Part shown: positions 10,684 through 23,241 of the stretch, one piece after another
How the letters are laid out: every line of letters begins with the position of its first letter
Position numbering within the stretch: the stretch's first letter is position 1
DNA from: the human T2T-CHM13v2.0 reference genome, Homo sapiens
Length of the DNA: 64,000 bases
Strand: one strand, 5' to 3'
NCBI RefSeq assembly: GCF_009914755.1
Contig: NC_060926.1
Notes under the pieces: model-generated
Told to the model about the DNA's origin: nothing
Databases searched by the model: none
Seen by the model: the letters and a program-made list of their open reading frames with translations, nothing else
Translations under genes and position numbers: made by a program

Positions 10684-12751
10684 GTATCCTTTTCTTTACT
10701 TTGACTGTGTATGTGTGTGTGTATTTGTATAACTCCAATATCCTCATTAAATGATATTTCAAATATACATTAGAGACACTGAGACATATTCCCTACTATC
10801 ATGGTTTTATGCTCATATTTGAGAAAGTCCTATCATTTTATAGGCAGTGCACAAATGTGGCCGTCAGAAGAACCAATTTTCTTCTAGTCTCTGTATAAAA
10901 TGGGGAAACTAGTAATGGAAACTTAATAGACGTTAAAAGGACCTAACTAAGCATCCTTTAGAATTAGAGTCACAATATTTATACTCTGTCCTTAAGGACT
11001 AATTATTATGCCCATTAGGAAAAGAGAGCACAGAAGTCACCTGAAATGAAAGTAAAAGGAAAACGGAAGAACTAAACCTGAAAATGTTATCCTAGAAAAA
11101 CTTGCCAAATAAATGCCATCAAAGGAATGTATTTTTAGCTTGCTATGCATGAACTCCAGTGGGCTACCCGACGGTGAAAGACACTACTGAATTATATGCA
11201 AAATTATGTTTCAAAGAGGGTGTGTACATTTTTCCCCCTGGAGAGAGTAAAATTACCAAAAGAGTACATAACTCCAAAGCATCAATAATTATTTTTCAGA
11301 CACATGAATATGTTTCTGAAACATGCTCATGAAAGTCATTCAAGATCTTTAGACATAAAAAAACAATGAACATGACTCCCTGATTATCCACAGTACCTAT
11401 GTATAATATTTAAAGTTTGGTTCACTATGAGTGACAGAAAACTCCACCTCATGGTAAACAAGATAGAAGGTAGGAGTTTCTTTCTTTCTCATTGTGTTAG
11501 TTCAGGTTCTTCAGGATGTGGACACCAAAAATGAGATTAAATGTGCCAGGATTTTATTAGGAGAAATGCCTGTGGGAAAGGAAGTAGGGAGTGAATCAGA
11601 GGAGACTTAGGGAGCCATTTGATCACCGTGTAAGTCTGACCCTGGAGATAAGGTTGAGTGGAAGGGCCCTAGACTGCTGGTCAGTCTAAGGCATGTTCTT
11701 CAGAACCACTGGGGATGGTTGACAAGGACTCCATGTCTCTCCATAGCACTAAGCCATTGGTGGAGAGCAGTCCATGGGAAGCATGGTCTTAATGAAAACT
11801 GGAGTGATCAGTATTAAAGTACAGCAACAGGGTCCCTTGGTCAGTTACCCTCTGTGTTGAAGGGAGGTCTGTGAGGCATGTTTGCATGGCTATCACACTC
11901 ACATAAAGGAAGCCCACAGGTAGGTGGATCAGAGCTGGTAAAGCAGTGTCACAATGTTGTTGAGGAACCAAGCAGCACCTTCCTCAGCACACAGCTTTCT
12001 CCCCACCATCAGAGATGACTAATGGAGGCCCAGCCCTCATATCTGAATTCCAGCAAATAGGAAGAAGTAATGAGCAAAGAAAGAAGCACCCCTCTCCTTT
12101 TAAGGACACTCTTCTCCTGGAAGTCATACACAACACTTATAATTACATCCTAGTAGCCAGCATTGTTAATGACCCCACCTAGCTGCAGAGGAGTCTGGGA
12201 AAGTCTATTTTTTACTCTGGGAAGCCATGTGTGTGGCTAAAAATCAGTGTTTCTATTTCTAAGGAATTATGAGAGAACAGATATTAGGGAACAGATGGCA
12301 GCTTTTGCGACTGAAAGGCAGAGAAATACACAAACATGGCTAAGATGACACAAATATTCCAAGCATTATCTACAATTTAATATTTTGCTTTGTGTCATCA
12401 AAGACAGAGATAAGGATGAGAATAAATGTGCAATGTGTTCATACCTTCAAATACTCAAGTGCTTACACATATAGACTCTTCTTTTTTCAGTTCAGCCCTA
12501 TTTTTGGCAACCTGACGTCCAGTTGTTTTCAAAGGGAGAATGCAAGATATAACACACAAAAGGAAATCAAGAATTTACAAGATTATTATAGCTTCTATAA
12601 TAGTAATTAAGACATAAACACATTATTTGATGAATATGTATTGAACTTAACTAACATTTAAGAGTCTGTGATATTACTGTCTCCTAGTGGCAGGGCTATT
12701 CTAGAAAGAGAATTACATAACACATATGATCTTTAACTATACCTCTTCCAG
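10684..12751 (+). other. AOX1: U12-type (minor spliceosome) GT-AG intron 2 of AOX1
   Basis: 5' site GTATCCTTT matches the U12 consensus; branch sequence TCTTTAAC at 12730-12737 lies about 15 nt before the CAG. Confidence 0.93.
11410..12310. mobile_element. Old LTR remnants: MLT1-like (MaLR) interrupted by an LTR16-like (ERVL) element at about 11493-11900, inside the U12 intron
   Basis: tgtgttagttcaggttc...ttttattaggagaaatgcctgtg (LTR16-like); ccacctagctgcagaggagtctgggaaa (MLT1-like). Confidence 0.5.
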
Positions 12752-12848
12752 TTCGACTCACAGGAACTAAGTATGGCTGTGGAGGAGGAGGCTGTGGTGC
12801 TTGTACAGTGATGATATCACGATACAACCCCATCACCAAGAGGATAAG
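12752..12848 (+). CDS. AOX1: AOX1 exon 3 ([32 protein letters not shown]); 2Fe-2S ligands C44, C49, C52
   Basis: cag| ... AG|gtaccg, 97 nt; CxxxxCxxC ferredoxin-like motif. Confidence 0.98.
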
Positions 12849-13072
12849 GTACCGTGCAGCAAAGTCCAGATATGGTTGAATTTTTATAATTTTGAACTTT
12901 GTTATATTCCTTCATTTGGTAAATATATATTGAGTACCTACCATGTGAAAAGAACTGGCCACTTGGCGTACAATGATGAACAAGACAGACATGGTCCTAG
13001 GAATATGAATGTTTTGGGAAAAAAATGTAGCATCAATGAGGATAACATACGGTCAAAGAATTCCCCATCAAA

Positions 13073-13186
13073 GCCAGGTACAGTGGCACACATTTCTAGC
13101 TACTTGGGAGGCTGTCAGGAGGATTGCTTGAGTTTGAGTCCAGCCTGGGCAACACAGCAAGACCTTGTCTCTAAGAAAAAAAAAAA
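13073..13186 (+). mobile_element. Free left Alu monomer (FLAM-like)
   Basis: Single arm ending cagcctgggcaacacagcaagaccttgtctct plus A tail; degenerate TSD. Confidence 0.8.
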
Positions 13187-14876
13187 TCCCCTGTCAAAAC
13201 TTGAATGGCTCCCTAACTCCCTGTCTGGGGAGGAAAGGCAAGGCTGAAATTGCAGTGGAGGATAATGCCATCATCACATTCATATATTACTCTTCCAGCC
13301 CCTAACTTATCTCCTTCCTCCCATCTGGTGCATTCTCCATACATCAGCCAGAGTGACCTGCTTTAATTATCATCAGATCAAGTCATTCCCGTACTTATAA
13401 GCCCCCAATGGCTTCCCATTATGTTTAACATCTGTTTATGTTTGGTATTTATCCTTCCTCACATTTGCCAAGTTTCTTGGATCTGTGTGTTGATGTCTTC
13501 TGGAAACTTCTCAAGGCATTATCTCTTCAAATATTTACTCTGTGCCACACACTCTTCCCTCTGTTCTTCTGGGAATCCAATTATGCTAATGTTAGACCAT
13601 TTTACATCATTTCACAGATCGCACTTGAAGGCTAAGGATCTGAGCACTGGTGAGGTTTCAGATATCTGCCTGTGTTCCACACCAAACTACCTGCTGTCTG
13701 AACTCTGAGAGGTTCCTCCCTGCTTTACGGCCTGGCTGTCAGCTTTTTAGTTCATGAGGGATTTCTCTTTGCTTACCTCTCTCACCTTCCATGCTTTGGG
13801 AGATCTGTCGCAGCCATGTTGCTCTGTCTTTAGCCTCTAGGGAGTGGCGACTACCCTATGCTCTGTGAAGTCTGAGTACCTAGGGTTTCTCTCAGTTCTC
13901 CTGTCTCTCCCCCAGCCTTCTTTGTTTAAGGACCAGTATGCTTGGAAAGTTTCTTTTAGCTCTCCTTCCCTGCCTATTTTGGGGAACTACCCCCGGCACT
14001 CAGTGATCTCTGGTGGGGAAGAGATTGAAGATAATGCATCCCAGCTTTGTATTTGAATCTGTTGTTATCAGCCCACATGCAACCATTCAAAATTTGTTGG
14101 AAGTTGGTCTGGTTTCTCCTTATTCCTGTTTAAGGCAGGTTCCTTTTCCTCCTTCAATTTCAGGAAGAGAATAATTGTATCTCAGGGATGAGAGCAACTG
14201 TATCTTCTCTCTTATGAAGGGGTTGTCACATCGGAGTTTAGTTTATTTATTTATTAAGTTTTGCTCATAAAGTTTCTTTGTGTACTCAGCATCTGATGAG
14301 CTTTGAAAATGTGATTATGTTCCTCGTATGGTTTACTTTGGTTTTTAGAATGGGAGTGGCAGTCTCTTACAACTCTTAATGGCTTGTTTTTACCTTCTGG
14401 TCTTTGTACTAAGGCACCAGTTTCTCCAGTTCTTTAATGTTTAACTTATGCATCCATCAGCGTGACAGTGAGGTGTTGGTGAAGTCTGGCTGCTCTGGTT
14501 GCTAATGGAGACCTGGCCTGCCATAGGTGCATGGTTACCTGTGACTAGAGAATGTCAACCCCTCATTCAAGAGCAAAAACCATCAAAGTTGTGACAGTTT
14601 TTGATAAGTGGACACCATTCTGGAATTAGAATTAGGAGGCGTAATTTTAATCCTGCCTCTGACACTCTGGCTGTGACCCTGAGTAAATCACTCTGATCCT
14701 CAGATTCCACTTCTCTAAAATGGGCCTGTGCCTGAGCTAAGGAGGAAATGTATGTGTAAAACCTGGGTACATTATACAAAAACCTGCCACAGTGGAGAAG
14801 CTCAGTGAATGCCTGGCCCCTTTCCCACTGTATGCGACATAATTTGTAATTTGTGCTTTTCTTTTGCATTCTGAAG

Positions 14877-14985
14877 GCATCACCCAGCCAATGCCTGTCT
14901 GATTCCCATCTGTTCTCTGTATGGTGCTGCCGTCACCACAGTAGAAGGCATAGGAAGCACCCACACCAGAATTCATCCTGTTCAG
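14877..14985 (+). CDS. AOX1: AOX1 exon 4 ([36 protein letters not shown]); C74
   Basis: aag| ... CAG|gtgagg, 109 nt; VTTVEGIG motif. Confidence 0.97.
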
Positions 14986-15306
14986 GTGAGGATGTGCCTC
15001 TTCCTTATAGGCTTTCTGTGCTTTAGAAACCTCATGACATTGAGTCCCTGAGATTAAGAGAGCGGAGCAGCCTGGGGCCTGCTGGCTCGGCCACTCCAAC
15101 AGATACAACCTAGCTGGGAACAAGAGTGAAGCCTGGCATATTGGGATATGTGAGTGTTTCTGACTAACTTGTTGGAAAAATGCTTTTGGAAGGCTAGAAA
15201 ACCTTTTCTTCTCTAAGAATGCCCTGACATTTGTGGGTTTGTTTTTTGTGTTCTAATTCGATGGGACCTATCTATTTGACATCTTCCAAACTCATAAAGA
15301 AACAAG

Positions 15307-15680
15307 AGCCAGGTGCAGTGGCTAACACCTGTAATCCCAACACTTTGGGAGGCCAAGGCAGGTGGATTGCTTGAGCCCAGGAGTTTGAGACCAGCTTAGG
15401 CAACATGGTGAAACATGTCTCTACAAAAGTACAAAAATTAGTGGGGTGTGGTGGTGAGCACCTATAGTCCTGGCTACTCGGGGGTGCTGAGGTGAGAGAA
15501 TCACTTGAGCCTGGGAGGTTGAGGCTGCAGTAAACCATGATTGCACCCTGTACTTCAGCCTGGGTGACTGAGTGAGACCCTGTTGTAAGAAAGAGAAGGA
15601 GAAAAAGAGGGAGAGAGGAGGGAGGAAGGGAGGGAAGGAAGGAAGGAAAGAAAAGATGAAGGAAGAAAGAGAAAGAAGAG
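15307..15680 (+). mobile_element. Alu (AluJ-like) followed by a GA-rich/(GGAA)n tail
   Basis: Two-arm Alu 15307-15590; purine tract 15590-15680. Confidence 0.9.
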
Positions 15681-15942
15681 CCATGTGCATTGAGGGATAT
15701 AATTTTATTTTTTTTTATAAAGTGGAAAACAACATGATCTTAAGGCTGAGTGAAAATTTCAGCTACCAAAAAGCTTTGTTATATTTAGAGCTTGTTTGGA
15801 AGACAGATGATAGGAGTTGTCAATAAGTTTTTTGGCTTTTCTCCTAAAGAAGCACCTTGTTAGAGTTTTAGACTCAAGTAAAAAGGCATCTTCAGACACC
15901 TGAGTCTTTATGTATATATTGCCCATAAGAATGCCATTTCTA

Positions 15943-16247
<305 letters not shown>

Positions 16248-16974
16248 TCATTTTTATTGAAGTTAATGAAGATCAAATATGAGAAAAGATAGAAGGAAAA
16301 GATAGGAGCAACATAGAAAATGACCCAAGTTCAAATTTTCTAGATTTGAAGGAATCTTGGATTCTGTTTATTTGAAAGATCATTACCCAGAGGGAGAGAA
16401 TTTTGCCTGGATCATTATGACATATCATTAACTAGAGGGAGAGAATTCTGCCTGGATGCCCATGTGAGACCTGGTCATACACAGGCATACAATACCCTTT
16501 CATTTCTTCATTGATGCGGAACTCCCATTGTTACAATGTTGCCAGAAGACAGCTTCCAAAATCGACTTGAACCTTAGAAGTTAGACTCCAAAGCAAAAAT
16601 GCTAGGGGGAGGGAAACGTATAAAAGAAATAAAAGCATTTTATTTTTTATTTATTTTTTTTCCACTTCTCAACTTGAGTGTAATTTGGTTTATTTCTCTG
16701 AAGGATTTCTTTTATCTCAGTAATTCACAACCACAACTGCACGTTGAAACCAACCATGTGGGAATCTTTAAAAGATGTATGCCCGTGCCCCATTCCCAGA
16801 GACTCTGTCAGTTGGTTTGTGGTGCTGTGTGGGGCTTGAAATCTTAACACTGTCCGGGTGATTCTCAAGAGTGGTAACCACTGCCTTAAGTGAAGCTCAA
16901 AAGCAGATAAGGCCCAACCTCACAACAACCCAGCCCTGGGGAGGGAGGTGCCTGGGATGAGAAGGGCTCCCAGG

Positions 16975-17083
16975 GGCCTCTGCTGCAATCTTAACATGCA
17001 GACAAATCACCTGGGGATCTTGCTAGAATGCAGGCTCTAATTCATTAGGCCTGGGATGGGGCCCCAAATTCTGCATTTCTAAC
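16975..17083. mobile_element. MER5A1-like DNA transposon remnant abutting the exon 5 acceptor
   Basis: aatcacctggggatcttgctagaatgcag...ggcctgggatggggcc...ttctgcatttctaac matches the recalled MER5A1 core. Confidence 0.75.
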
Positions 17084-17099
17084 CTTTCTGTGCTTCCAG

Positions 17100-17226
17100 G
17101 AGAGGATTGCCAAGTGTCATGGCACCCAGTGTGGCTTCTGCACACCTGGGATGGTGATGTCCATCTACACGCTGCTCAGGAACCACCCAGAGCCCACTCT
17201 GGATCAGTTAACTGATGCCCTTGGTG
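17100..17226 (+). CDS. AOX1: AOX1 exon 5 ([42 protein letters not shown]); C114, C117
   Basis: cag| ... G|gtaggt, 127 nt; QCGFCTPG motif. Confidence 0.98.
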
Positions 17227-17246
17227 GTAGGTTATATATGCATGCT

Positions 17247-17391
17247 TTTATTTTTTAATTTTTATTTATTTATTTATTTTTTGAGACGGAATCTCACTCT
17301 GTTGCCCGGGCTGGAGGGCGGCGGCGCAATCTTGGCCCCACTGTAACCTCCGCCTCCCAGGTTCAAGCAATTCTTGTGCCTCAGCCTCCCC
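17247..17391 (-). mobile_element. 5'-truncated Alu (part of right arm only)
   Basis: (TTTA)n tail, gagacggaatctcactctgttgccc...cctcagcctccc; TSD catgctttta at 17241 and 17393. Confidence 0.9.
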
Positions 17392-18609
17392 TCATGCTTT
17401 TACTTTTAAACGATGATGATGATAATGATAACAGCTAATATTGGATACCTTTCATGTGCCACACACATTTAATAGTATTAAATACTATTTGAAGATTATC
17501 TCATTTGATCCTCACAAAAAATTTATAAGATAGGTACTATTGTTATCCCCATTTCATAAATGGAGAAACTGAGGTTTGGGGAGAGTGATTTGTTCAAAGT
17601 TACACCCCCAATAAGTGGAAGAATTGGTTTGTTCAAATCAGGATTCAAACCAACCCACACATTGCATTTGGCTGATGTATTTCTGAAGTCTCTTTTGTTT
17701 TTATAATCATTAAAAAGCCAGTTATTCATCAGCCCTTGGGAAGAGTCCTGTTATCTCCACATGCTGCTCCCTCACCACTCTCCCTACTGGGTGGTGGGTG
17801 CTTTCAGGACCATATTCAACATCAGAGGGCTGCGATGGTTACAGCATAAAGTCAGAGACTGAGATCTTATGGTGAAACTTGATACTTATTGCAAAGAACT
17901 GTCTATCCACCCTAGAGCGTTTTTGTCAAGTTCAGGAGCTCAGTGTGTATGTGGCGGGGGGGGACATCCTCATCAACAAGATTCTAAACACGTTTTTTTA
18001 AGTGATACCCTCTCAAGTTCTGTTTCTGGTGAACTTCTCCATGGCTCCGTTTGTCTTTGTCTCAGGCCTCCCGAAGACCTCATTTCTCTGCTAGAGAACA
18101 TGAGCCTAAAGCTCATATGTACACTTACTCTGCAAAAATGTTCCAAGGAAAACCAGAACAAATGGATGTAGAAAGGAGAGACATCGCTCATAAACTGTCT
18201 TCTGCCTGATTTCCTTCAGATCTTATCATGAATTTGATTTCATGGCTGTTTATGATGTAAACAAGTGATAAGGGGTTCTCAGATTTCAGGGTACTTAGGT
18301 CATACATGGGAATTTGTGGGTAATGAAGATTCCTGGGACCCACCCCTAGAGAGTTTGACTCAGTAATATTGTTTTTTAAATAAGACTTCAGATTTAGGGG
18401 TGGAGGAGGAACACCGGATCGCACTGTGGGAGAAACGCTGGCCTGATGATTTATTATAAATAAATAATGTGCCCTACTGCTTTCACAGTTTAATAACTAC
18501 CTTTGCTGCTGTATAATAACTTTGATCTTTCTGTCAGCTGAAGCTTAGAGTGCTTTTTTTTTTTTTTTTTTGTCACAGTAAGTGTTAAGAATGAGGGGTT
18601 TTTTCCTTA

Positions 18610-19120
18610 GAAAAAGAAGTATAGCTTGCTATTTGCAACAACGTAAATGAACCTGGAGGACATTATGCTGAGTAAAATAAGCCAGGCACAGAAGAACAAA
18701 TACTACATGAGCCCACTTATATGAGGAATCTAAAGTAGTCAAACTCACAGAAGTAGAGAATAGAATGGTGATTACCAGGGCCTGGGGAACGGGAAAACAA
18801 AGATGTATTCGTCAAAGGTAAAAAGTTTCAGTTATGCAAAAGGAGTAAGTCCTAGAGATACTGTATAGCATAATGCTTATAGTTAACACTGTATTGTATA
18901 CTCAAACATTTGCTGAAAGGGCAGATGTTATAGTAATCACAAAATAAATGAATAAATAAATAAATGATGGGAGGGAAGTTAGAGGTAATAGATATGTTTA
19001 TAACATTGACCGTGGTGATGGTTTCATGGGTGTAAGACTTATCTCCAAATTCACCAAGTTGTACAGCTTTTTGCATGTCAATAACAGCTCAATAAAATGG
19101 ATTTTACTTTTTAAAAAAAA
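18610..19120 (+). mobile_element. Old L1M (MA/MB-like) 3' end
   Basis: atttgcaacaacgtaaatgaacctggaggacattatgctgagtaaaataagccaggcacagaa; ends with aataaa. Confidence 0.85.
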
Positions 19121-19129
19121 AATTAGTTT

Positions 19130-19430
<301 letters not shown>

Positions 19431-19763
19431 TAAGTTGTTTTTAAAATAAGGCTTAGCTCTTGAATGTGACTGTAGAGCAAGTTTTTGGTTTGAAATTATT
19501 GTGTTGTTTGAGCACCTGTCACAAGCAGAAGGCATAACTTTACAGGAGAAAGTACAAATACCTGAGCTTTTAAAATCTGCCTCAAGATTCTTAATGAAAT
19601 ATCCCAAGTTGCTGTTGAAAAGATCTGACTTTGTAGATTAGGTGGACTAAAATGTCAAACAGATCTTTCCTCTATGATAGGGTCCTCATTTCCATCACAC
19701 TCTTGGTAGACTGTGCCTCTATCTGGGTCACTTGGCTAACAGAGCTGGGTTTTTCTCCTTCAG

Positions 19764-19825
19764 GTAACCTGTGCCGTTGCACTGGATACAGGCCCATAAT
19801 TGATGCATGCAAGACTTTCTGTAAA
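19764..19825 (+). CDS. AOX1: AOX1 exon 6 ([21 protein letters not shown]); C149, C151
   Basis: cag| ... AAA|gtaagt, 62 nt; GNLCRCTGY motif. Confidence 0.98.
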
Positions 19826-20746
19826 GTAAGTGGAAAGGACCACATGTTTGAGTATGTTTTCCCCAGTGAAACGAAATGGTAATGGTTGTCAGTGATTAGG
19901 GGGGCAGCCATCTTACTAATACATGGCTACTTCTTATCTCCAGGTTTCTAGCTGCTGTTTGTTATTTGATCTTGAGCAGGGCACTTAACCTCATTCATTG
20001 AGCTTGCCTTGGTGGTCGCATAATGAACACCTGAGCATTTTGACACTGGCTGTGTGTCATTGCTTCCAAGAGGTCTTTCCTGACCTCTTTGCCTGGGTCA
20101 GGTACCCTGGCCTGGTGTTCCTATAGCCCTCTGCGAACATGTGACGGGCATACACATGTCCCGTCACAGCTTTGGTCACAATGTGGTGCAACTGATCATT
20201 TGCTATCCCATGTCTTCACCAGACTGTGGGCTGCTTCACAGTAGAGGCTGTATATCTCCGGGTCCAGTCACCATATAGTCATTGAGTAGCTACTCAATAT
20301 TTGTTGAATGAATAAATGAACAAACAAAGTTGAAATGAAGGATATAAGATTGCCCTCTGGAAGTTAAACAATGAATTCAGTATATCATAGATAAGAACAG
20401 TGATGACAATAACAATACCTGTTAATATTTATTATTAATATTTAAAATACTAACAATATTAACAGTTAATCATTATTAATATTTACTATTTAATGCTATG
20501 TGCCACGCTTAGTTATAAGATCTTTATGTCTTTTAACTTATTTAGTAATCACTGCTATTCAAAATTTTCTGTAAGCTCAGGTTTTTCATTAATGTTGGTT
20601 TGGATATGTTTAAGTACAAATGGCTCTCTTTCATGGCATCTAACGATATTGATTCAGCATTATGTTTCAACTGGCATTCACCTGCTTTATTTACTAGTTA
20701 GTAGAATCAGCAATAAATTCCTAGTGATTTGTTTTTTGTCCACTAG

Positions 20747-20836
20747 ACTTCGGGCTGCTGTCAAAGTAAAGAAAATGGGGTTTGCTGTTTGGATCAAGGA
20801 ATCAATGGATTGCCAGAATTTGAGGAAGGAAGTAAG
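20747..20836 (+). CDS. AOX1: AOX1 exon 7 ([30 protein letters not shown]), linker
   Basis: tag| ... AAG|gtcagt, 90 nt, phase 0-0. Confidence 0.95.
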
Positions 20837-21496
20837 GTCAGTGAAATGTAAAGCTTTTATAAGGCTTTCTCAGGACATGAACAGGAGCCAACATACTCTT
20901 AGGAAGAACAAATGGCTACCCAAGTTGACTAACTTGAGGTATGTCAACATGTGCCCTCTCCCATTCTCACTCCATCTCTCTATAAAAAAAAATTATATCG
21001 CAGCAACTTTGTCCTCATTCCAGATATTATTCCCATTTAAATACAGTTATCTACAGGAGGGAAAACACATTGGTTCCTTAGTGTCTCTTAGCTTTTAAAA
21101 GCATTTTTTCAAGTTATTTTTCAAGGGCCAGAAGTAAAGTGGAGATGTCATGAAAATAAAAGAACAGGTAGAACAAGTAGAGACAGGAGAGGTTCAGGGA
21201 GCCGTTCTTGTTCCAGCTGTGTCTGCGGCTGCTGCCTCCTCTTCTACTGTCCCCAGACTCCAAAGAGAAGGTACAGGGAGTTGAGGCCTCCAGAGGCCCA
21301 TTGGCATCAGCACTGAGTTGCTGATGACAAGGTTTGTGTTAGAGCCCTTGGTTTGGAGCGCGGGGATTGTGGCTGGCCAGTGGACTTTTTTGTCGGTTTG
21401 CTGTATCTGACTGTGTATCTATATCTTTTGACCTTATTCCACAAAGGATTTTAAAGTTGCTCGATAACAGTAATTTCTGATATGTTCTCTTTTTAG

Positions 21497-21577
21497 ACAA
21501 GTCCAAAACTCTTCGCAGAAGAGGAGTTTCTGCCATTGGATCCAACCCAGGAACTGATATTTCCTCCTGAGCTAATG
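21497..21577 (+). CDS. AOX1: AOX1 exon 8 ([27 protein letters not shown])
   Basis: tag| ... ATG|gtgagt, 81 nt; PLDPTQExIFPPEL family motif. Confidence 0.97.
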
Positions 21578-22175
21578 GTGAGTAAAGCAATGTTGAGCTC
21601 ATCCTAGAAGAATTCATGGTGAAATATCAGGAAGGGTATTTGTTTATGGGTTCTCTCAAAAGCTGATTGGCAAATAGGTGAGGCCTCTCTGTCATCCTTA
21701 GCTCAAGGTCTAAAGAGTATGGACTAAGGAAGAGGAGGAGGAATGGGGGTGGGGTCCCCATGGGGGACAGCTGAGTTGACTGTAAGAAGCAGCAGATAGC
21801 TTCTATAAAATCGTGAAATCACAGTGTTTGTAGGTATAGACATGTTTCCTACTTTCACTTTTGCTGAAGTTTATTCCTCCATAGAATGATTTAACAAGAT
21901 TCAGCATGTTACTATATTTGCTAACATTAAAATGATGTTCTTTGAGACAAGAGCACCAAAGGGAGACAGACCAAGCAGTTCCCAGGAGTAAAGAACCATC
22001 GTGCTTTTATTCTGAATTCTAATTCCTTGTAAAGCTCTACTTTTAGGTCACTTTGTACTTTATTTTTTAGAAGATATGTATTTTCTCATTCTGTATCTAC
22101 AGTGCTAATGATTGAGTGGAAACAGGTGGAGATGGCATCATTGGGTACCTTGAATCCCTATTGCTTTTTCAATAG

Positions 22176-22320
22176 ATAATGGCTGAGAAACAGTCGCAAA
22201 GGACCAGGGTGTTTGGCAGTGAGAGAATGATGTGGTTTTCCCCCGTGACCCTGAAGGAACTGCTGGAATTTAAATTCAAGTATCCCCAGGCTCCTGTTAT
22301 CATGGGAAACACCTCTGTGG
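22176..22320 (+). CDS. AOX1: AOX1 exon 9 ([48 protein letters not shown]), start of FAD domain
   Basis: tag| ... G|gtatgt, 145 nt; GNT FAD-binding motif. Confidence 0.97.
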
Positions 22321-23015
22321 GTATGTAGAACCCCAGGGATTTTTTATAGGGAAATTGAGAAAAAGGGCTTGGGATGGGGCCAGGGTGGGCTGGGGAAACT
22401 TCATATACATGTGTTCTCAGGAAAAGCAGTCTGAAATAGCATTTTTAATCATTTGAGCTAGACTTCCTGAGCATTGCTCAAGAGACTTTCTAACTGTTAT
22501 TAAGTAGATTCCTCTTGCCTCTTATTGGAGCAGTGTCAAGAGTTGTACCGAAGGGGCTTGCTCCATAGCAAACCAGCAGCAGGAGCTTCAGTGACAGCTG
22601 TCCTGTCTTTCCTTTTGGGGACTAATCTGGGCCTCAAATTTCAAATTGCTCTTTGTTTCCTCTCTCAGGGTGTCTCAATAGGTATATGTTTTACTTAAAC
22701 AACCGCTACAGGGTCTTCCTGTTGCATCCAGTGTGTGCTCAGCTTGAGGAGCAGCCCCTAGAGTCTTCCCAGAGAGAATTTTGAACATGCCATATGGCCC
22801 AAGTTTCAAGGTTGACAATTCCAGAGTCTTCCAAGTTTGATGAAAATCTATCCAGCCATTCTCTCTGTATGTGATTTGGCAATAAACAGATGAATAGAAA
22901 GATACAATATTTTTAGATATTTAAAGATATTAGTTTAATAATAATTTCAAATTTAAAAGGCAGTTAGTTCCTTTATTCTAGTCTTATTGATTTTTTTTTT
23001 TTTTTGATCCTTTAG

Positions 23016-23108
23016 GGCCTGAAGTGAAATTTAAAGGCGTCTTTCACCCAGTTATAATTTCTCCTGATAGAATTGAAGAACTGAGTGTTGTAAACCATGC
23101 ATATAATG
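23016..23108 (+). CDS. AOX1: AOX1 exon 10 ([31 protein letters not shown])
   Basis: Poly-T tract, tag| ... G|gtgagt, 93 nt, phase 1-1. Confidence 0.96.
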
Positions 23109-23241
23109 GTGAGTTCTCAAGTCCCTGTTTTCTTAGTTAAGATGCATTAATCAATTTATTTACCTTGCCCAGCAGACAAGCAGAAAAAGAATGATTCCTA
23201 ATTATAATACACACAGAGATTCTCTTCTTATAAGAATGATA

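Noticed and set aside
19761-19769. CAG|GTAACC at the exon 6 start (and AG|GT starts of exons 2, 19, 21, 25) as recursive splice sites
   Set aside because: AG|GT is the common proto-splice context, the reconstituted donors are weak, and the introns are far shorter than typical recursively spliced ones.
20493-21098. 201-aa ORF, the longest in the track
   Set aside because: It overlaps exon 7 in a different frame, has no recognisable domain and is consistent with a chance intronic ORF.
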